This document shows, piece after piece, positions 53,101 through 61,838 of a stretch of DNA of 64,000 bases. Under the pieces are notes generated by a model. The model saw nothing but the letters and a program-made list of their open reading frames with translations. It had not been told where the DNA came from and did no database searches. Source of the stretch: Phoronis australis (lineage: Eukaryota; Animalia; Phoronida). Every line of letters starts with the position of its first letter. Positions within the stretch are counted from its first letter, which is position 1. The stretch is taken from positions 138,171 through 202,170 of the forward strand of contig NMRA01000421.1 of NCBI GenBank assembly GCA_002633005.1. Direction: 5' to 3'. A program made the translations under genes and the position numbers.

Positions 53101-56100
53101 CAGAGTCCCCTATAATAATGATTGGTCCCGGAACAGGAATTGCACCCTTCCGAGGTTTTTGGCAGCAGAAACATTTCGAAATGAACAAAGGTAAGTGTAA
53201 CAATAAATAGGAGTATTTTGCTTTTGCCTTATCGGGATGATACTGTATCAATCTGGTACACAATTCCAACTTTGTGTTGCGACTTCAAAGCACCTGCAAA
53301 CAATTTAGCGCCAGCTATGTTCAGGGGTTGGAAACAATTTCATGGCCATGCCTCTAAACCCAATCCAGGATCAGCGAACTTTTAACCCCAGTACTATTTC
53401 CATAAACGCGCATCTTAACTCTGCACCCGCCAGGAATATATATACTCCATATCCCGTCGGAACAAACTGTCTATACTCGGGTCCTCACCCAATCTCATGA
53501 AGTATCTCGTGTGTGTGTGTAGTTTCTGTTATTATCGGCGCTGGGTATGGAATATTGGTACCCCAGTATTGATCTTGGCTAGATCGGACTAAGGTAGTTG
53601 AGGAAATCAAGGCTTCAATTTAGAAGCGTGACCATGGAATCGTTTACACAACTAAATGTTTGGTACGAAATCAAAATGGCATCCGATAAATTGCAAGTAA
53701 TTGAATTCGGTCTTACAGAATAATCAAATTGCAATTTGCTTTCTTTCACGAGACAGTCTACAATTTATTGCGAATACGGAAATATGAACGACAATCATAC
53801 GACAATCTCCCCGTCGATTCGTCGTTAGCTTCGCACGGCGAAAAATCGCACGGCGTATAATGTGACAAAGACTAAAGAAATTTGATCGCTCTTTAGATGG
53901 CATAGACTTTATGAAGTCAGCAGCTTGGACTACATTGTTTTTGCGATTTTATTTCAAATGCCCCATTTTCGCCATTGTCTGCCAGACAGTTGCTGAAATC
54001 AGGATCTGTGAATTTGCTCTTAAATGTGCTTAAAATTCGTTGCAATTTATCGAGTGCCAGCAGGGCAGTTGCCTGCTCGAACACCCGCTGGATCTGTTCT
54101 TAGAGAACTACTTTTATCGCCTATAATATCAGTCTGACCAAAAGGTGCATTGCCACGTTTTTTCCCACTTTTCGTCTCTTGCCAAATCGGAGGTAGTTAT
54201 CTGGGGAATTGTTCACTTATGAGAACCAACCGTGTCCGCCGAGTCACAAAGTAAGAATTGTAAACTAAGCGTATAGTCTGACCTGTAATCTCTAAGTTCA
54301 AATGAAGCTTAAAAAACCAGAGTCTGATAGATTGGCATATCTTTGGTGAGTGAATGCAGTTACTCCCAAAAACCAAAGAGCCTAAAATTATATTTTGCCC
54401 TGTTTGACTGTATAAAAATCGAAAATCGAGTTATGTCTTTTCCTCTCATAAAACCGGTCTTATAAAATTTTAACACCCGCAATATCGTTCATTATCGGTT
54501 GCCACCAAGAACACGAAACCCATCAGCGACTTAAGAAATATGGCGCATGTACCCACTGCCTATGACTTGAGATGCCGTTTCATACAGTAACCATTCGAGG
54601 TCTCATGACTGTGGTCATTTTCAATCACCAAAGTGCTTCAGTTAAGAATTCAACATAGACAGCTAAAAAGGGGCGAAATGGAGCCTTTTGGGTATGCCAT
54701 GAAAGACATTTACCCCATGTACAGCGGTACAGTAGCAGACATCTCCGATAAGTAATGTAAGTCTTGGCTGAAAAATCAGAAGCTGTGAGCGCCAATAGAA
54801 AACAGCATTAGGAGGTGAGTAAAAGAAAGTCAACAAAGCACTCTTTGAGGCAGCACCAACAAGACAACTGTTTCCTCGATGAGACATTGGTTAAATGACA
54901 GGAAATACAGACAGTTTTACAGGAGAAAAGTGCGCTCACTTGCAGCAGTTTAGGCAACGCTCACTATAATTACCGTTGCAAGGTAGCATAACCGCTAATC
55001 AAAATATGGCAGACATCCCCTGCAAGTGTAAAACAGTCTGTCATCGGGATGGTGGACGCTGTATGAAGTGCTACGTCAGACATTTTCCAGCTGAATAATT
55101 TCAAGTACCGGTAACAGCTAAGACCAATTGTATAGCGGCAAGCAGTGGAAATCAAAAGTTAAGTTTTTAGACTTGGGAAATCGTTTAAGGCAGTTCAGGG
55201 CTTGGAATGACCCATGACAAAAAGAGGAAATTTTCCACTGCCCCAAATACACATTGCAATCTAAACAACCATACCTCAACAGATCGAAAGTAAAAATTAT
55301 TATCACAAGATGCCCTGTGATTGTGTGGTGTTTGCAAAACGCATTCACCTTAATTTCAGCAACAATAATTTGGATACAAGGTGTAAATCATGATATGAAC
55401 ATGTATCATGCATTAGATTCTATAAAATCACATCTTATACAACTTATAGAGATGTTCTTCCAACTACGACTGACAAAGTTTTTTCGCTTAAAAGCTCCAA
55501 AACTTCATAACGTAATACATCATTACCTCCAAGATGTAGATCATAATGCACACAATCAGGTAATGTACACTAGACGTCATTACATCACTGCCAGTTGGAT
55601 AGTCGGTCTTTAACAAACGCCAAAAACTAAAAGACGCCATAATCAAGTTCAGACACAGTGTAGTGATTCCCAATGCTGAACGTTGACAGCTTTTCAAATT
55701 AAAAAGGAAACTGGCTGCATGACTCAAGTAATGTATGATTGACTGAATTGGAGCATTCTGTTTATTTTCAGGGGAACAGAAATACGGTGACATGACGTTG
55801 TACTTTGGGTGCAGACAATCTAAGATCGACAACATTTTTGAAAATGAGTTAAAAGAAATGGAAGAAAAATGTGTACTGACAGGTGTGCAGATAGCGCTGT
55901 CGAGGGAGAAAGCCCAATCCAAGGTGAGTTGCCGTTTACAGTAATTATTGTAAATTCTTACACTGTTACCCTACGAATATTGATTTCACTTGATTGACTG
56001 TCGATTCCGTCGGATGAACCGGCTAAGACATCGGACGACTTCTGGCTAACCGTACAATCTGATGTCAGTGAAGTCATTGAAGTGCGGTTAATGTTGTCCT

Positions 56101-59075
56101 CAACCCTTCAACTGTCATGTTGTCTTTTCCCAGGATTCTTGGCGCAACCCTCACCCAACGCCGATCCCACCACACCTCTTAGAGACGTCGCGAGACTGTT
56201 CAGGGCTTCCCTGGCCCCTTCGACTCTACACTCCTACAGCCGTATCCTCCATAACTTTTCACATTTCCACCTCTCTTGCCTCTCCCCTCCTACCTTACCC
56301 ATTAACACAACTAACTTGGCCAACTACATCTCACATCTCTTTGAAATAGGTCTTACTGCCTCATCTGTCCAGTCCTCTGTCTCATTAGTTTTGTCCACTG
56401 GACAACGTCTGACTCTATCTACTTTGTGATCAAAAGCTCCTCAAAGGTGCTTCCAATTACCGGTATCCCAATCTTGCTGGACCGTCTGTCTGTTCGATGC
56501 CTGTCCTTCCGCGCTCGGTTCTTTCACCGACTGCGATATACGCTATAAAAATAAGACGCACAATTTCCGTAAAAACGATATTTAAATTCTGTGAAATTTT
56601 TCTCTCGTGTTCTCCTCGTGGATTTTGTAGAATTATCACCCTCGGGGCCAACGCCCCTCGGGCGATAATTCTCCAAAATCCACTCGGGCTCTAGATAACG
56701 GGGATAACGACTTCGCCATGTAATAAATATAGATTATTACATGGCGAAGTCGTTATCCCCCCTTATCTAGAGCCCGAGTAGATTTTGGAGAATTATCGCC
56801 CCAGGGGCGTAAGCCCCGAGGCTGATAATTCTCCAAAATCCACGAGGGGGATAACGGCTGAGAACATGTAATAATCTATTTATACCATATACTAAACGAG
56901 CAATGAATCAGTTTACCACGGCTTTGTAACTGCTTTCTATGTGAGAGGCCCGGGGTCGGAGGTCGTGACCTTTTAAGAAAAGCCGGGATATTTTTGTCAA
57001 ATAATGCTTTTACTCAAAACCAATTGAAAACTTAAATATAATAGAAATAAGTTGAATTGATAAATTAAGGTTTACCAACTATTATAGCTTAAAACACGTT
57101 TTTTCACGCTAAGCTTCGACCGGGAAAATATCGTCTGCTAAAGTAGGTTACTACTGGTAACTGAATATAATTCTCAAGTCAAAGATCCTGACGACACGAT
57201 ACCCGCATTCAAACTGGAGATTGGTGATTTACAAGTAAGAAGACATGAGAGAAAAAATTCACTGAATTATGATATCATTTTTATGGAAATTATGTGTCTT
57301 ATTTTTCGTAGCGTATAATTGCAGTACAATGCGGTTTGTTGAGCATGCGATTATTGCGCGTACTCATTTAAGTATTCTATTTTCACTCTTGATGACGTCA
57401 GTCGCTGCATGGTGTAGTGGTAAAGTCGGCGACCAGCAATTTCAGGGTCCCGGGTTCGACTCCGTCCTCGGTTTCCCGCCAAATCGTCGCGTACCACGAG
57501 CAACATAGATTACGATCAACTACGTTTATCGTTTGCCTTTGGCGTAATAACGTATTGCAATATGGTAAAGTCAGGAAGGCATTTGTCTTCTTGATAAATA
57601 TAGATTATTACTTGGCGAAGTCGTTATCCCCCGTTATCTATCTTCTAGAGCCCGAATGGATTTTGGAGAATTATCGCTCGAGGTGATAATTCTCCAAAAT
57701 CCACGAGGACATGTAATAATCTATTTAATACTGAACGAGAAACATTGCAATGAATCGATCTACCTTTCTCGACTCGCCTGGGCTTTGTAACTACTTTCTA
57801 CCTCACAGGCCCAGGGTCAGAGGTCGTGACCTTTTAAGAAAAGCCTAGCTATTTTTGTCAAATAATGCTGATACTCAAAACCAATTGAAAATTTAAACAG
57901 AATAGAAATAAAGTAAGTCTATAACTGATTGAGGTTTAGCAACTATTATAGCTTACTACACATTTTATCACGCTAAGCTTCGACCGGGAAAATATCATCT
58001 GCTAAAGTAGGTTGCCACTAGTAACTGACTATAATGCTAAAGCCAAAGGATCTCGACGACACGATACCAGTATTCAAATTGGAGATCGGTGATTTACAAG
58101 TGAGAGAACACGAGAGAAAAATTTCATAGAATTAAAATATCGTTTTTATGGAAATTATGCGTCTTATTTTTCATAGCGCATAAATGTCGGTGCAATGCCC
58201 TTTGCTGAACATGCGATTGTTGCGCGTGCTCATTTTCACGTTCGATGACGTCAGCCGCTGAGTGGTGTAGTGGTAAAGTCGGCGACTCGAAACGATGAGG
58301 CCCGGGTTCGAATCCAGCCTCGGTTTCCCGCCAAAATGTTATCTCACTAGTGAAATAACTTTATTGGTCATTACACGGTTGTATCTGCCATTCGAGGCTA
58401 AAATTGTGGTATAATATCAAGTAATTGTACAGCATTCGAGAGATACGTGCGAGCGTAGCATGATTTTAATTACTACAGCGTAACCCTTTTGAGCTACCCA
58501 TGTGCTTCCAGACGTACGTCCAGGACTTGATGCTGAAAAATGGACGAAATTTGTACGACGCTCTCGTGACTCGGCAAGGTCATGTTTACGTGTGCGGCGA
58601 CATAACGATGGCAAAAGACGTCACCAAAACTTTGGGGCAGATTTTTGCAGAGTATGGAAACATCGGTGCTGACGCTGCTAAAGAAATGCTCGACCAGATG
58701 AGAGTGAGCTATTTTTCTTTTATAACGGAGTGTCTTCATGCGCCGTTTTTTAATTACTTTAGAACCTTTGTCTAGAATTTGAAAATCCCTAGGTTGTAAG
58801 CCCCTTGTTAAACCAGCACATATGAGTTACGGTATTACAAATATTTTTTACGTTAACAAACATAAGAATGGATTGTTCTAGGTCCTTTTCAATCATTTTC
58901 TGTTGCAGTTTTATCCTTTGCAGTTCAAGTACAGTATGCCTTTAAAATCTGAATACTTCTTTTTTAGTCTACCAACAAACTACACGAAGACATCTTTGGC
59001 GTTACTCTGAGAACTCAAGAAGTTACCAAAAGAAACAGAAAGATCTCTATCAACCTCAGGTCCAAGAAAGTCTAA
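8018..59075 (+). CDS. NOS: Nitric oxide synthase, full oxygenase + reductase, 25 coding exons (~1129 aa)
   Basis: join(8018-8167,15517-15650,17997-18159,18521-18612,22826-22967,23295-23434,23669-23843,26761-26862,29393-29587,30209-30303,31293-31437,31923-32027,32958-33001,36667-36756,40174-40348,41306-41432,42383-42461,43134-43327,46662-46834,47767-47977,51085-51172,53072-53190,55772-55923,58512-58703,58968-59075) = 3390 nt, in frame, all introns GT-AG. Motifs [62 protein letters not shown]. Start codon provisional. Confidence 0.95.
8217..8620. repeat. 21-bp minisatellite (GTTGACATGGTTACCCAGCCA)n in NOS intron 1
   Basis: Roughly 16-17 units; explains the four repetitive ORFs at 8202-8695. 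Confidence 0.95.
15517..15650 (+). CDS. NOS: NOS exon 2 (zinc tetrathiolate CxxxxC)
   Basis: [17 protein letters not shown]...[15 protein letters not shown]; cag acceptor, gtgagt donor, phase 0/2. Confidence 0.92.
16148..17687 (+). mobile_element. Non-autonomous Kolobok-type DNA transposon with degraded THAP domain, copy 1
   Basis: TTAA flanks 16144-47 and 17688-91; TIR AGGAGAATGCCA.CC; from about 16320, [21 protein letters not shown] / VCGRHF..DF / [10 protein letters not shown] (frameshifted THAP C2CH + AVPTIF-like box). Confidence 0.85.
17997..18159 (+). CDS. NOS: NOS exon 3 (heme-ligating Cys, codon 18127-18129)
   Basis: [13 protein letters not shown]...[22 protein letters not shown]; 163 nt. 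Confidence 0.97.
18177..18399. mobile_element. MITE family 2 (CAGTGGCAGATCT...AGATCCGCCTCTG)
   Basis: TIRs; perfect 5-bp TSD CAAAC; homolog at 61523-61768. Confidence 0.85.
18521..18612 (+). CDS. NOS: NOS exon 4
   Basis: [31 protein letters not shown]; 92 nt; ccag/gtaacc. Confidence 0.95.
20607..21199. mobile_element. ~590-bp MITE with ~50-bp TIRs, possibly Mutator-like
   Basis: CTGATTCCCTGCGTGTCC...GCAGGTATCATT and its inverse at the right end; GATCTCGCGTAA directly repeated at 20595-20606 and 21200-21211. Confidence 0.7.
21213..21330. mobile_element. Short MITE with CATGGGCGGCGCA termini and internal duplication
   Basis: Homolog at 49324-49469. Confidence 0.6.
22826..22967 (+). CDS. NOS: NOS exon 5
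   Basis: [47 protein letters not shown]; 142 nt. Confidence 0.96.
23295..23434 (+). CDS. NOS: NOS exon 6
   Basis: [47 protein letters not shown]; 140 nt (not in the ORF track on +). Confidence 0.96.
23669..23843 (+). CDS. NOS: NOS exon 7 (substrate pocket, catalytic Glu at 23793-23795)
   Basis: [58 protein letters not shown]; 175 nt. Confidence 0.97.
25079..25925 (-). mobile_element. Composite repeat copy B (reverse), including tRNA-like module 25167-25237
   Basis: Reverse complement aligns to 57600-58413. Confidence 0.85.
26761..26862 (+). CDS. NOS: NOS exon 8
   Basis: [34 protein letters not shown]; 102 nt. Confidence 0.96.
26980..29200 (+). mobile_element. 5'-truncated, decayed L1/Tx1-clade non-LTR retrotransposon (RT + C-terminal Cys knuckle)
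   Basis: FIGEN.R...[12 protein letters not shown]...GRG*RQG..LSPYLF...QYADD, CTFCG near 28672; many stops and frameshifts; ends AATAAAAGTATTTAAAAA. Confidence 0.88.
29393..29587 (+). CDS. NOS: NOS exon 9 (BH4-binding / dimer interface)
   Basis: [23 protein letters not shown]...[15 protein letters not shown]...[18 protein letters not shown]; 195 nt. Confidence 0.97.
30209..30303 (+). CDS. NOS: NOS exon 10 (linker, start of calmodulin-binding helix)
   Basis: [32 protein letters not shown]; phase 0/2. Confidence 0.92.
30918..31070. mobile_element. ~155-bp MITE, inverted copy of 7724-7880
   Basis: Sequence similarity on the opposite strand. Confidence 0.75.
31293..31437 (+). CDS. NOS: NOS exon 11 (CaM helix end, FMN phosphate loop)
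   Basis: [48 protein letters not shown]; 145 nt. Confidence 0.96.
31421..31576 (+). repeat. 41-bp tandem repeat x4 overlapping the 3' end and donor site of NOS exon 11
   Basis: Units start at 31421, 31462, 31503 and 31544. Confidence 0.85.
31923..32027 (+). CDS. NOS: NOS exon 12 (FMN domain)
   Basis: [35 protein letters not shown]; 105 nt. Confidence 0.97.
32561..32650. repeat. 30-bp tandem repeat x3 (TACAACGACCTATGGTAAACATAGTCTTTA)
   Basis: Direct inspection. Confidence 0.9.
32958..33001 (+). CDS. NOS: NOS exon 13 (short helix before the autoinhibitory insert)
   Basis: [14 protein letters not shown](R); atttcag acceptor, gtaata donor; supplies the phase 0 to phase 2 transition needed between exons 12 and 15. 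Confidence 0.8.
36667..36756 (+). CDS. NOS: NOS exon 14 (putative autoinhibitory loop, 90-nt symmetric exon)
   Basis: [29 protein letters not shown](H); ttacag acceptor, gtaagt donor, phase 2/2; LENIH|YAVFG parallels LANVR|FSVFG of nNOS. Confidence 0.75.
37802..39430 (-). mobile_element. Non-autonomous Kolobok-type DNA transposon with degraded THAP domain, copy 2 (inverted relative to copy 1)
   Basis: TTAA flanks 37798-801 and 39431-34; perfect 15-bp TIR AGGAGAATGCCACCC; minus [12 protein letters not shown]...[13 protein letters not shown]. Confidence 0.88.
40174..40348 (+). CDS. NOS: NOS exon 15 (FMN binding)
   Basis: [25 protein letters not shown]...[22 protein letters not shown]; 175 nt. 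Confidence 0.97.
40538..40819. repeat. Near-perfect 282-bp palindrome with a (TA/TACA)n centre
   Basis: About 100-bp unique arms with one mismatch. Confidence 0.92.
41306..41432 (+). CDS. NOS: NOS exon 16 (FMN-FAD hinge)
   Basis: [42 protein letters not shown]; phase 0/1. Confidence 0.9.
41550..41704. mobile_element. MITE family 1, inverted copy
   Basis: CAGGGGCGGAT...ATCTGCCACTG; perfect 5-bp TSD ATACG. Confidence 0.85.
42383..42461 (+). CDS. NOS: NOS exon 17
   Basis: [27 protein letters not shown]; 79 nt, phase 1/2. Confidence 0.92.
43134..43327 (+). CDS. NOS: NOS exon 18 (FAD domain)
   Basis: [31 protein letters not shown]...; 194 nt. Confidence 0.95.
46662..46834 (+). CDS. NOS: NOS exon 19 (connecting domain)
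   Basis: [57 protein letters not shown]. Confidence 0.94.
47767..47977 (+). CDS. NOS: NOS exon 20 (FAD-binding RxYS motif)
   Basis: [26 protein letters not shown]...[15 protein letters not shown]...[13 protein letters not shown]; 211 nt. Confidence 0.96.
48513..49814. mobile_element. Second Kolobok-type non-autonomous element, with a nested MITE at 49324-49469
   Basis: TTAA|AGAGTTCCCACCATG ... CATGGTGGGAACTCT|TTAA (perfect 15-bp TIR). Confidence 0.82.
50068..50354. mobile_element. Probable MITE (CCCGGGGGGTCA...TGACCCCCTGG)
   Basis: Imperfect terminal inverted repeats only. Confidence 0.5.
51085..51172 (+). CDS. NOS: NOS exon 21
   Basis: [30 protein letters not shown]; 88 nt. Confidence 0.95.
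53072..53190 (+). CDS. NOS: NOS exon 22 (NADPH-binding [10 protein letters not shown])
   Basis: [39 protein letters not shown]; acceptor gttgaag is weak but fits the phase. Confidence 0.92.
55772..55923 (+). CDS. NOS: NOS exon 23
   Basis: [50 protein letters not shown]. Confidence 0.95.
56120..56530 (+). mobile_element. Relic of a tyrosine-recombinase (DIRS/Ngaro-type) retrotransposon
   Basis: [12 protein letters not shown]...LPIN...[23 protein letters not shown], then frameshifted ISFVH...QKLLKGA; typical YR N-terminal region. Confidence 0.65.
56729..57485 (+). mobile_element. Composite repeat copy C (tRNA-like module 57403-57473); head-to-head with a deleted reverse copy at 56530-56728
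   Basis: Similarity to copies A, B and D. Confidence 0.85.
57600..58413 (+). mobile_element. Composite repeat copy D
   Basis: Similarity to copies A-C; ends TGTGGTATA. Confidence 0.85.
58256..58326 (+). pseudogene. tRNA-like module (Pol III A and B boxes) inside the composite repeat; not a functional tRNA
   Basis: A box TGGTGTAGTGG, B box GGTTCGAATCC, partial acceptor stem; anticodon arm unpaired and different between copies. Confidence 0.65.
58512..58703 (+). CDS. NOS: NOS exon 24
   Basis: [37 protein letters not shown]...MLDQMR. Confidence 0.96.
58968..59075 (+). CDS. NOS: NOS exon 25 (C-terminal tail, stop TAA)
   Basis: [35 protein letters not shown]. Confidence 0.92.
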   Translation, partial: STNKLHEDIFGVTLRTQEVTKRNRKISINLRSKKV

Positions 59076-59169
59076 AAGAAGCGTGCTCACATTTATGTGT
59101 AAATTCTTTGTCTATACAGACTTTTCACAGTGAGATATATACACAAAACGTGCCGAGAGTGGCATACAT

Positions 59170-59264
59170 GAAGTAATATCCCACGAGACATTATTCCGCG
59201 TATCGACCTCGACCTCTTCGGTCTCGGTCGATAAGCGGAATACGGTCGAGTGGGATATTACTTC
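59170..59264. repeat. 95-nt hairpin about 95 nt downstream of the NOS stop
   Basis: GAAGTAATATCCCAC/GTGGGATATTACTTC plus 3+8+8+4 bp inner stems, loop TCTTC. Confidence 0.8.
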
Positions 59265-60584
59265 TTTTACGCCAATCGAGGTACGCTTTGTATTTATCTC
59301 ATATTCATGCGCTTCGAATTCCTACGTTTCGTACATTTTTTCGGCAGATTTTTCAAATACTTCACCCAGACTGTTCACATGGCGGATCACATCTTATATA
59401 TATATATGTACTTGCGCGTTAGATTGCAAGTTTTCTCTTGTAAAAGAAACAGTTTTGAAAGTAACGATTTATTTCTTGAAAAGAGGTAACAAAGGTGAAA
59501 ACAACGGCAACTGTTCGGTGAACTTGTAACATCTCCTGGAACTATATAGCTAAAACAACGTTTGATATTTTAGTTTCCTAGGAATCTGCGTCTGAGTTGC
59601 AGCAATTGAAAACTGAGATATAAGTGTCTCATAATTAACAGTTTTGTTCCAGATTTTACGTTTATGGCCTGGTTGCACAGCGAGTGTTAGTTACAATGCT
59701 GCAACTATATTACTTTAAACTATATTCGGAAAGTTTGCGTATCGAACCGGCTGAAGACGTCGAGTCGACATTGACCTACCTTTTGAATTTTCCATGTCAG
59801 AGGCCACTGTTGAAGTAGTGCGGGCGGTGAATACCGGAAACTTGATTACATGGCCGTATTTCCCTCGACAGATTCAACGCGCATGGGATAAATGACCGTT
59901 CTAGGAATAGGCTAAATACATTAGTTCATCCAGTAATTGTACTTTACATGTTACCAAAACGTTTAGGAATTCTTGGTTTTCTGTATGAAGTGTCTGATCA
60001 GACCAGTTTTTTCACAGCTGACAGTCGATAACCAGTAAATGCTTAGTGTAGGTATTGTATCGATTGGTGGCAGTGGGCTTCGTCTAGCAGATTGAAATGA
60101 TGTGAGAAGATATATAGTGGCGAGTCAATATGAAACTTCAGTCGTGGGTCCGATGACAATTGATAACCTTCGTAATCATGGCAGTTGGCACTTGTTCGGG
60201 TACCTAGACAATTACTTAGAATGGTTTGTGGTTTTCTTGGCGATGGGTTCTAATTAACAAACATACAGTATGGAACACGGCTAATATACCTGTTCTTTTC
60301 ACTTTGCATAGTTTTCGCATATACGTGCAAAGTAGCCAGGTCTCTCATTTCGGGATAAAACCTGTGCAATAACTGGCACTTGTGACCACGAATATTCGTC
60401 AGCTATTGCGCAGCACTTGGATTCTGCGTTGATTAACTCGATCTGCACGTATGAACGAACAACCTGCAGAGTGCACATTACAAAGTCGTGTTCAATACAA
60501 TATCCATGCAGTAAAGCATGTTGCCTAACTCATGGAGCGCCTACGCATTTAATTACGGTAACGTGAACAAGGTACGTGTTGTGC

Positions 60585-60652
60585 AGTGTAGTGTAGTGTG
60601 GTGTAGTGTTGTGTAGTGTACCGGTAGCGTGAGTATAGTGTATTGTAGTGTA
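60585..60652. repeat. (GTGTA)n microsatellite
   Basis: Direct inspection. Confidence 0.8.
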
Positions 60653-60968
60653 GCCTATTTTAGACCATTCTGGTTATGTCCGTGAATCAACAACAGTCAA
60701 ATTGATATGGACCGCTGCAACCAACACCGATCAGTGTCTCCATCTTGAAAAGTCAAGACAGAAACGACAGCCAGTCTATACTGTGGCAGAAATCGTACAT
60801 ACAATAACCGCTTATTTTCGACACAATAAAAATACTTGTATGCTTTTCGATGTCACTTTGTTGTCAAAATGTTTAAGGTTACTGCTTAATAAATTTTAGA
60901 CTGCACCATGTTTACTAATATACCATAAGTAAACAAAAGTATTGTCAACATTTCAAAATGCGTGGGAT

Positions 60969-61172
60969 NNNNNNNNNNNNNNNNNNNNNNNNNNNNNNNN
61001 NNNNNNNNNNNNNNNNNNNNNNNNNNNNNNNNNNNNNNNNNNNNNNNNNNNNNNNNNNNNNNNNNNNNNNNNNNNNNNNNNNNNNNNNNNNNNNNNNNNN
61101 NNNNNNNNNNNNNNNNNNNNNNNNNNNNNNNNNNNNNNNNNNNNNNNNNNNNNNNNNNNNNNNNNNNNNNNN
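60969..61172. other. Assembly gap (N run) followed by GA-rich low-complexity sequence
   Basis: 204 Ns. Confidence 1.
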
Positions 61173-61443
61173 AGAAGGAGAGGGGCGGGGGAGAGAGAGA
61201 GGGAGACAGACAGACGGACAGAGACAGAGGGGGAGATGAGAAAGAGGGAGGGGGACGGAGGAAGGAAATGAGAGAAAGAAAGAGATGACAACAAAATAAT
61301 GACTGGCACTCTCATCTATCTCTTCGTGCCAAGGTTACACAGAGTCTGTACAAGAACTAACAAGAATAAAAAATCTAAAACAGTCCTAATGCAGTATCAG
61401 CTATCTATTGCCGCGCTTTGCCACATCGGCTGCAGCTTGTGGA

Positions 61444-61838
61444 TCTTGACCTAGGTCTGCTATCTGTCAAGAAGCAATATCTTTACCAAGGTCTGCTATC
61501 TGTCAAGAAGCACTATCTTGACCAGTGGCAGATCTACGATTTCAGTAAGGGGGGGGGGGGTTACCGTTTAGGATTCGAAAGAATCCGAGGCGCGTAGCGC
61601 TGAGGAGAAGGAAGGTGGCGAGAGGGTTTCTCTCCTCCCGTGTAAGATTTTTTGGGATTTTTAGTAGCTAATTTCGTTTTTCTGGCGATTTTTTTTCCAG
61701 GTTTTATTTTTGATCCTGTCCCGAGGAGGGGTTTAAACCCCCTGAACCCCCCTGTAGATCCGCCTCTGTTGACCAAGGTCTGCTATCTGTCAAGAAGCAA
61801 TATCGTGACCAAGGTCTGCTATCTCTCAAGAAGCAATA
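61444..61838. repeat. 36-bp tandem repeat x4 interrupted by a family-2 MITE (61523-61768, TSD TTGAC)
   Basis: Unit TCTTGACCAAGGTCTGCTATCTGTCAAGAAGCAATA; the MITE splits unit 3. Confidence 0.85.

Noticed and set aside
54800-55150. Possible minus-strand transposase relic ([15 protein letters not shown]-like fragments)
   Set aside because: The fragments are short, in different frames and point to different superfamilies.
60942-61315. ORFs spanning the N run
   Set aside because: Artefacts of the assembly gap and a GA-rich repeat.
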